From: Octopus sinensis
Lineage: Eukaryota
Length of the DNA stretch: 64,000 nt
Assembly (NCBI RefSeq): GCF_006345805.1
Contig: NC_042998.1
Coordinates: forward strand, 89,962,001-90,026,000
Direction: 5' to 3'
Within the stretch, counting starts at the first letter, position 1. Each line of letters begins with the position of its first letter. This document shows, one piece after another, positions 56,343 through 64,000 of the stretch. Position numbers and translations under genes: made by a program. Under the pieces are notes generated by a model. It saw only the letters and a list, made by a program, of their open reading frames with translations. It was not told the DNA's origin and searched no databases.

Positions 56343-59300
56343 ATGGCCAAGCTGGGCTGAAACCTAAAAATACGTGGAATGGGGTCGAAATGGAAACAAA
56401 TTTGTTTCCTGAACGACCTCACGACACAAGGTATAGATGTTGCTATCGTAACCGAGTCCAAGATGAGCGAGACCCAAGCGTTCTCACCTCTTCTAAATGG
56501 TTTCGAGAAATTTTTTCTCCTAGCGGGAGGAGGAGAAGAGGCGTGGCAGTCTTCATCAGGAAGAGCTTGGACCTGCAGGTAAGTACTGTCTTTCTGGACC
56601 CAGAAGGCAGGCTGGTTGTCCTGGATGTGACTCACGCAGTAGTAACAGTCCTTCAGGTTGGTAGCTGTCTACGCCCCGAACGAGGGTAGGGTAGACAGAC
56701 GGGTTTCTTTCGAAGCCTGGAGCCCTTTCTGGCGACGTCGAAAACAGTAATACTAGTAGGGGACTTTAACACTGTCCTTGAAGCGCACATCGACAGTGTT
56801 GGCTCAACTAATAGGAAGGGGAATCCTAGCCTCAAGGGTCTACTGGAGAGCTTTGATCTAGTGGACCGTTACCGACTGGATGAGCCGAGCGTTCCACAGT
56901 GGACGTGGAGTAACTACGACGGCTCACACAGATCGTACCTAGATAGGATAATTAAAAAAAAAAGAGATAAGGATACGTTTAGTTGTCCACAATTTCATAT
57001 TGTACCTTACTCGGATCACAAGTTTGTGACGTGTGAGGTGCAATTAGACAAGTGTCATAGACAGGGACCGGGTACTGGAAGCTGAACAAGGCTATTTTGA
57101 ATTGTGAAGACTTCCGTACCCGGATTAAGGAGTTAGTTCAGAGGGCATTGTGCGGCACCGTCATTAACAATAGATGGTGGCACGCCCTCAAAAGAGCCAT
57201 TCGATTAGAGTCCGTTAGATTTAGCAATCAGATAAGGACAGATAGAGCTAGTCTAGAGGGCGATTAGTAAGAATCTAGACGAGGCAATGGAAGCTGGCTC
57301 TGCATCGGAGAAGGCGGAAGGTGGAGCTTTATCCGACCTTGGCGGCAAGGACGGTATGTACCGACACCTTGACTCCAAACACGAAGGTTGCAGAGTCAGA
57401 GCTAAGCTGGCGCCGGGAAACGAGAAGGTGTTAACGTAGCCGGATGGGCCCGTCGTGTGGAGAGTAAGAGAGGCAACAGAGCCTCAATAAAATCTTTGAC
57501 TGGCGAACAGGGACAAAAGATCTATGGACAGGAGGAGATGCAAAAGTTTCTTCACCAGCATTTCGCGCGCGCGTTCGGGGGGGGGGTGGTGGCCCGCTGG
57601 ACCGGGGGAGTGCCTTAAGGGACTTCCTGGCGGCGGGCCGCGGCTCGCGGGGCGTGAGGCGGAGTGCTGTGAAGGAGCGATCACTCCCGCGGAAATAAGG
57701 GAAGTGCTGGCCGAGTGCGCCGGGGAGAAATCGCCGGGGCTGGATGGTCTGCCCTACGAGTTTTACAAAATATGCCGGATTTGTTCGGGGGAATACTGGC
57801 AGGCGTCTACACGAACTGGCAGCAGAACGGGAGAATTCCCAGTTCTGTAAGCCGGGGAGTGGTGGACGCTAATCCAGAAAGACCCGAGCAAAGGGGATAT
57901 GATTAGTAACTACAGGCCATAACTCTACTTAATGTAGAGTTAAAGATTTTGGCCAAGGTGTTAGCAAAAAGGTTGACGGTTGTCGTGGAGAAACTTGTAG
58001 GGAGAGCACAGACATGTGCAATTCCAGGCAGGTCGATCCAGGACAACCTTCACCTTATACGCTACACCTTAGATAGGGTGGGTAAAGTAGTAACCGGCAA
58101 AGGTGGGGGGTAATGGTCCACTTGGACCAAAGTAAAGCCTTCGATAGGGTAGACCATGGGTACCTGGCGGCGGTCCTCGAAGCGACCGGACTGGGTCCCG
58201 AATTCCGCGGGTGGATCTCCGCTATGTACACGCGGCATCAAGTCCACCGTCCAGATAAACGGTTACCTAACAGAACCGTTTTCGATCGAATGTTCAGTAC
58301 GTCAGGGGTGCCCCTTGTCACACACTTTTGTACGTATTGGCTCTCGAGCCACTACTGCGAAGGTGGAGAGGCTGGGGAGTAACTCAGATGGAATCGGAGG
58401 TGGGAGGTCGGTCACTGCCTATGCGGATGACATCACCCTCATCGTGTCCAAGGAGGCCCAACTACCTGGTGTAGAGGAGGCTATCAGAGGATACGACGGT
58501 GGCAGGAGCAAAGGTTAACAGGGACACAATCGGTCGGCTTGCGCCTCGGCACTGGAGGAACAAGCCGATATTGTCCAGTGTTGTGGGACACTGGACGGAT
58601 GGCTGCCTGTTAAGTTGCTGGGAGTCTGGTTTGGACCGACTCCCCGGAGCCAACGGAGAAGAACTGGAGCGAGTGACGGGCAAGGTGGAGGCCATAATAC
58701 GGACCTGGTCCGGAAGGTCTCTGTCCTTGAAAGGAAGGGCGGAGGTGGCGCAGATGTTTATTGCATCCGTAATCACTACCGCCTGACCGTCGTCCCTTGC
58801 CCCGACTCATGGCTTAACAAGTTGGAACGAGCCCTCTTCCGCTTTTTGTGGAAAGGAGGAAAGCCACTTGTGAGACGCTCCGTGTGCTGTCAAGAACCGT
58901 TAAAGGGTGGGTTAGGATGCCTTGGTTAATGATGCGCAGACATGCGTTGAGACTAAGACATCTCTGGCACCACCTGGAAGGTGATAAGGTGTGGAGTCCG
59001 TTGGCAGAGGGATTTTTTCCGAGACCGGCCTCCTTAGTTATAATTTTAAACCCGGTTACATCAGAAGATGCAATCTGACTCCATGGCAAAAGAGAGTGCC
59101 GACAGGCACTCACGCTGATCCACAGGACGGGCAAGGCCGGCTGCGGAAATACACCTCGGTATTTTATAGAGGGCTGGTAGAAGGTTAAAAACGATGACGT
59201 CCTAGGAGGGGCTCTGGGGTTTGATGAAAACCAGCTTGCCAATCTGTTTAAGAAAGAAAACGTTCAGGTCGGGGTATTTGGATAATTTCCAAAGATCCCT

Positions 59301-59882
59301 GGCTTGGCAGTGCTACAGGAATGCTTTACCTGTTCGCGAAAAGTTATCACGGCACGGAGTTCCAGTGCCACCGACGTGTCAAAGATGCGGGCTGGACGAT
59401 GAAACCGTTCAGCACGCTTTTTTTCATTGTCGGAAGTTGAACGACTTGATAAGTTACGCAGAACACGTGTTATCGCATCTGGGACGAGTACAGCTGTCGG
59501 CTGAGTCTATGATTAAGATGATACCGCCAACTGGACTCTCGAAGGAAGGTGAGGCATGTTTTCACTGCACGGTTGCAGTGGTAAAGGAATGCATGTGGAG
59601 AACGAGAATGGAAGGAACCGCGACAGGGTCATTTGTCTCCGGGCCCGGCTTGCTCACCTACTTCAGATATCATCTGAGAAGCAAGATGGGACTGGAGAGG
59701 AGGACCCTGCCGCGGGGAGTGTATGCGAATAGAGAAGGAAGGGAAGTGGAAAGAAAGGTGGGTACGAGAAGGCCAGCTTGACCATGGAGGAGAGAGAGGA
59801 AGTGGAAGCTGCAGGGCCTCAACAATTGCCGGGGTGTGAAAGCTCCAGTATAATCACAAAGGTCAGCCACAAGTGTTTGTAA
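56343..59882 (+). CDS. LINE ORF2, copy 2 (frameshifted)
   Basis: Homologous to 51018-54512; same APE, RT and zinc finger motifs in ORF pieces 56379-59781. Confidence 0.85.
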
Positions 59883-60022
59883 CACTAGTTACGCAAAAAC
59901 TATTACTTATAACGAATACAAACGAAACTTTTTTTAATCGATTCTCTTAAATTTTCTTGTATGTATGTATGTCCTGTATTCGTCCTTTCTATGTATTAAT
60001 TTTTATAATTGTAATAAAGAAA

Positions 60023-60273
60023 GTGTTGATCAGTTAGATGTTCGGCTTAAGCGAGGCAGGGTCGTTGTTTATTTATAATACATTCAGGCCTGCTGATGAT
60101 TACGTAAGTATGAAATCACTGTGATACAGGCCTATATATTTTTAAATGTCTTACTTTGAAAAATTGCATTCGGTGGGATTAGTAATATTTTTGGTAGAAA
60201 TGACTGATTGTCCCTCTTAGCGTTTGGCAGGTATATATAATGCCTCCTGGCATGTATGTATAATTATGCCCTC

Positions 60274-60278
<5 letters not shown>
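60023..60278 (+). repeat. Remainder of array unit 3, ending in (TA)n
   Basis: Resumes at the target segment and continues exactly as units 1 and 2 to TGCCCTCTATATAT. Confidence 0.9.
60086..60133 (+). ncRNA. Type I hammerhead ribozyme motif (unit 3, downstream of the LINEs)
   Basis: AGGCCUG CUGAUGA UUAC-GUAA-GUAU GAAA UCACUGUGA UA|CAGGCCU; predicted cleavage after 60126. Confidence 0.85.
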
Positions 60279-60314
<36 letters not shown>

Positions 60315-61300
60315 TATATATACATATATACATACATACATACATACATATATATATATATACACACACACACAGAAAGAGAGAGAGACGTGCATGTATA
60401 TACATTTGCATACACACGGACAAAGACATACACAATCAACCGTTGAATCACACTCTACCATCTTAAATAATAAGGATCTACTTGACGATGAAAAAAAAAG
60501 AAAAAACAGATGCTAACAGCTAAAATGTTTTTTTTTTCTGATAGATTATTACAACCAAGAATGATCTGGAACTACAAATCATACGCAAACATTCATAAAA
60601 TATCTCACAAGTCCCATATCACGAAAAAAAAGTGTGGGAAAGTCATTTAAGTTTCTGAACTCTTGATTACAGTTTTTCAAATTAAATACAGTTTTAATGA
60701 ATAGATGAATATAATCAAGGACTTTTCTTTTTAATTTTTATTTAATATTTTTGAATCTTTCGAAATGCTAATTACAAAAAAAAAAAAAACAGATTTCTTT
60801 CGAATAATAAAAATATAATTTGCTGTTCGCGTCATCAACTTTGTTCCGAAATCCTTGTTTTCCACCATCACATTTCTTACCACCTCAGAGAAAAATCTCT
60901 TAATCTCTTTAACCTGGCATGCTTATTTGTGGAACAGAAGGTCACCTTGTCATGTATAGTTGCTATAATTGTCAGTAGACTAGAACACTTTAAGATTTCG
61001 CTGACGTTTATTCTTTATAAAGCACAATTTCGGGTTAATCTAATGACTGGGTGGTTTGTTCAGGCATTTTTTATTTAACACTAGTTTCCTGATAGTTGGC
61101 CACCGGGAAAAGGAGTTCATGCGTTGCTCTCTATTTCCCTGGGTTCAACAACGAAACATGTGCACTTTTGCAGAAGATTAAAAAGGAATAGAAGAATTAA
61201 AATTGAAAATAAGAACGACCCTGTAACCATTGGGGTGGATGTGGATAGGTTCAGACTAAACCCGATGTGTGTCTGCATGCTAATATAATTATTATCAAAG

Positions 61301-61520
61301 ACTAAGGCGGCAAGTTGGCAGAATCATTAGCACACCAGGTACAAAATGCCTAGCGGCATTTCATCCGTCTTTACGGTCTGGGTTCAAATGCGACCGGGGT
61401 CGATTTTGCATTTCATCCTTTCGAAGTCGAAAAAGTAAGTACCAGTTGAGCACTAGAATCGGTTTAATTGACTCAGTCCCTCCCTCCAAATTGCTAGCCT
61501 TGCGCCAAAATTTGAAACCA
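61301..61520 (+). mobile_element. tRNA-derived SINE (10585 family)
   Basis: TAAGGCGGCAAGTTGGCAGAATCATTAGC head, single X body and normal tail. Confidence 0.85.
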
Positions 61521-63004
61521 ACATAATTATTATCAAATACTTATTTAAATTTCGTGTTTTTGGTAAATGAGACGGTTAATGTTAGATCCATTTTAATAAT
61601 TTAGTACGCGTATCCCAATCCTCATTATGTGTACGGAGTGTGAGAGTTAATATTTGTTTTCTTACATATCACCAGATACTTAAGCTAAGGAAAGTTGACA
61701 TAAGGTTTATGATCAAAACAAATGAATTAATATAGCGTAAATAGACAGACGGATAAGTTAATTGTCACAATTAGCTGTTTCCATAAACGATTAACTCTTC
61801 TATTGGCTTAGGAGAGGACAGGGATTTGTGGTTTTCATGATTTTGCCATGAGTATCCTGTTAGAAACTTTCTAACAAGATATCGAAACTGGCTCGCAAAC
61901 TTGAGAATGACCAAACCATTCTGCTGTGCTTGCGGCTACACTTCGATCGATTGTAAAGTAAATATTTAGAGAAGGTTTCTTTCACACAAATTGTTTACAA
62001 GAAAAACAAAACAATATTTCTTCCTGCCAATTTTAGTTTCAGCTTAATTTTAGATTTCTGGATGTGTTTTAGCTTTGTTTTTGTTTTGTTTTTCTTTTTT
62101 AACTATTTCCTTTTTTCTGCTTTCTTTTATTTCTTACATTTTATATGTTCACGTTTTCAACATGATCCTATTTTACTGAATGAGAATTTTCCATTTTCTT
62201 AACTATTTGTTCTGCTTTTTTTCTTTTGCTTAATAAAAAAAATCTCTATATTATCCTACCAGTTCTCTCCACTTGCTTGCTTTCTTTCCCTCCTCTCATA
62301 CGCCCTTTTTCCCCTTGCTATTTCTCTATTTCCTTCGCTATCTATTTTAGTAACTTTAACATAAAAGTGTCAATGTAAAATAAGTAAATAAATTAAGGCA
62401 TGTAGACCTTTTTCCATGGCTCGTTTTATTTTTAAAGTCTATCTATTATATCTCACGCACATTTAAAATATCAAGACTGGGTGTTGTGTGAAACTTTGTT
62501 TAATCTTGTTTCATAAGATTTTTTTGTCTACAAGAGATATATGTTAAAAAAGTTAAAACCCTATCCTTTAGATGTAACCCCCGGCATTCCAGCTTTAATG
62601 CATTTGTTTCTAGATATAAACAAAACTATCCAGTTTAACTCTTAAGGGATATTTGATACGGAAGCAATGCTAACAACTAATCGAAGGGCAGTGAAAAGAA
62701 CAAACTGCAATCTCCACAGCTTTTGAAATTGTTAAATTTTTGACATGGAACACAACCTGCAGCAGTAACTTCTAACACAAAACCATATTGATAACAGCAA
62801 ATTAAGGAAAAAAAGAAAAAAATCAACTAGTAGAAATACGATTAAAGCAATATATTTTTTGAATGTTTTCTCATGTAAATTCCTTACAATTATGATTCTA
62901 TCAAAGTTTAAACATAGCTAATTCTGCATCTCAAAGAGTTTGCTTTCTCTTCGGGACTAGATAATGTATCAGGTTTCAACAACTACTAACTTGCTGCAAA
63001 TTTC

Positions 63005-63400
63005 AGGTGAGACACATGATAGAATACTGCTCCCTCATCTGGGGGCTACAAAACACACTGACATCCAGAGAAATGCCATACATCTGACTGGTATAGAGTC
63101 ACTAACAAACACACTCCGATCTCAGGCACACAAACATGCTGTATTCTATCTCTACCTTTTCTACCAGTATTTTAGTGGCCTCTGCTCCACGGAGTTTACT
63201 GGTGTTATGCCCCATCCGCTCAAGCAATCTCAGTTCATTTGCTTCTCTCGTCTCCATCACTCCACCCACTCACGTTCTCACTAACTACTACTCAGTTCTT
63301 TCTTCTCAGAATGCCGGCCCTCTAAAATTCTTTCTTTTCACATCCCTTTTCTGAAATCACCGATTTGAAACAACCTATGCAGAATGTTGATAACATTAAT
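63005..63400 (+). mobile_element. Degenerate CR1/Jockey-group LINE ORF2 C-terminal fragment
   Basis: ORF 62964-63284 reads DIQRNAIHLTG...LFYQYFSGLCSTE..MPHPL..SRLH, resembling the post-RT region of such LINEs. Confidence 0.55.
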
Positions 63401-63448
63401 CTAACTGTTCTTGAAGGGCATGGCCAAAAGGTCATCATCCAACCCAAT

Positions 63449-63541
<93 letters not shown>

Positions 63542-63544
<3 letters not shown>

Positions 63545-64000
63545 TTGCGGTCAAAATGTTCAGAACGGCATTGTTTTCGCCAGAAAAGTAGATATAAGTT
63601 TTTATCAAAGTTGTTTTATATTCTATAATTTTCACAGACAATAAATACAATATTAATTGTTATTGTCTGAGATTTTGGTGTAATTTAAGAGGATAATACA
63701 AAAGTTATGGATGATTTAGTGATTTACTGCAAAACCCATGGCGGCCAAAATGATCAGAACGGTTGAAAAAAATAACAAAATAATCAAAAATGACAGAGAA
63801 TACTGGAATTATTTAATATTTAGTGTGAAGCCCTTTAGCTTCAATCACACTTTGACATCTTCGACTGCATGAGGAAATTAAATTTTCAATTTCTTGCTAG
63901 GTGATCTTATTCCATTCTTCCTGAAGGGCATTCCATAATTGCTCGGTTGTTTTAGGATTTCTGGCTTTCGAACGTTCTCCTAGAATATTCCACACATTTT
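63542..64000 (-). mobile_element. Tc1-like transposon 3' end (same family as 17015-17751), runs off the window
   Basis: The ~220-bp TIR at 63542-63764 is nearly identical to 17529-17751. Minus strand reads NVWNILGERSKARNPKTTEQLWNALQEEW...VIEAKGLHTKY* (stop 63813-63815). Confidence 0.9.

Larger units (their letters stand above)
54690..60022 (+). mobile_element. Near-full-length Tx1-clade L1, copy 2 (tandem with copy 1)
   Basis: Colinear with copy 1 over its whole length, with the same 5' start (TTTGTTGCG) and 3' end (AATAAAGAAA). Confidence 0.93.

Noticed and set aside
61845-61960. Protein-like frame PVRNFLTRYRNWL...CCACGY
   Set aside because: There is an in-frame stop just upstream and no usable acceptor.

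Overview
AT-rich, microsatellite-saturated animal genomic DNA. The tRNA-derived SINE families and repeat landscape look like an octopus (inference). No host gene is confidently recognisable; there are only a few weak exon candidates. Most of the window is SINEs, Tc1/mariner relics, MITEs and LINE or Penelope fragments. The highlight is 48.26-60.28 kb, a ~480-bp tandem repeat. Each unit that reaches the motif carries a complete type I hammerhead ribozyme (CUGAUGA / stem II with GUAA loop / GAAA / palindromic stem III / AUA cleavage / 7-bp stem I), which fits a non-LTR retrozyme-like array. Two near-full-length (~5.3 kb) Tx1-clade L1 retrotransposons sit head-to-tail at one precise site in the third unit. 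A ~36-bp target segment is repeated at each junction, about 100 nt upstream of the hammerhead cleavage site. A dispersed monomer of the same ribozyme repeat, without the LINE, lies at 17.84-18.22 kb on the minus strand. It has structure-preserving variants and a tiny 5' inversion. Other oddities include a SINE with an X-T-X-T-X structure whose T piece resembles a Tx1 3' tail, a Penelope fragment with twin-priming geometry, and a perfect 83-bp inverted repeat around (TA)n. The 48-60 kb region has many small indels and may be poorly polished, so its copy number needs read-level confirmation.
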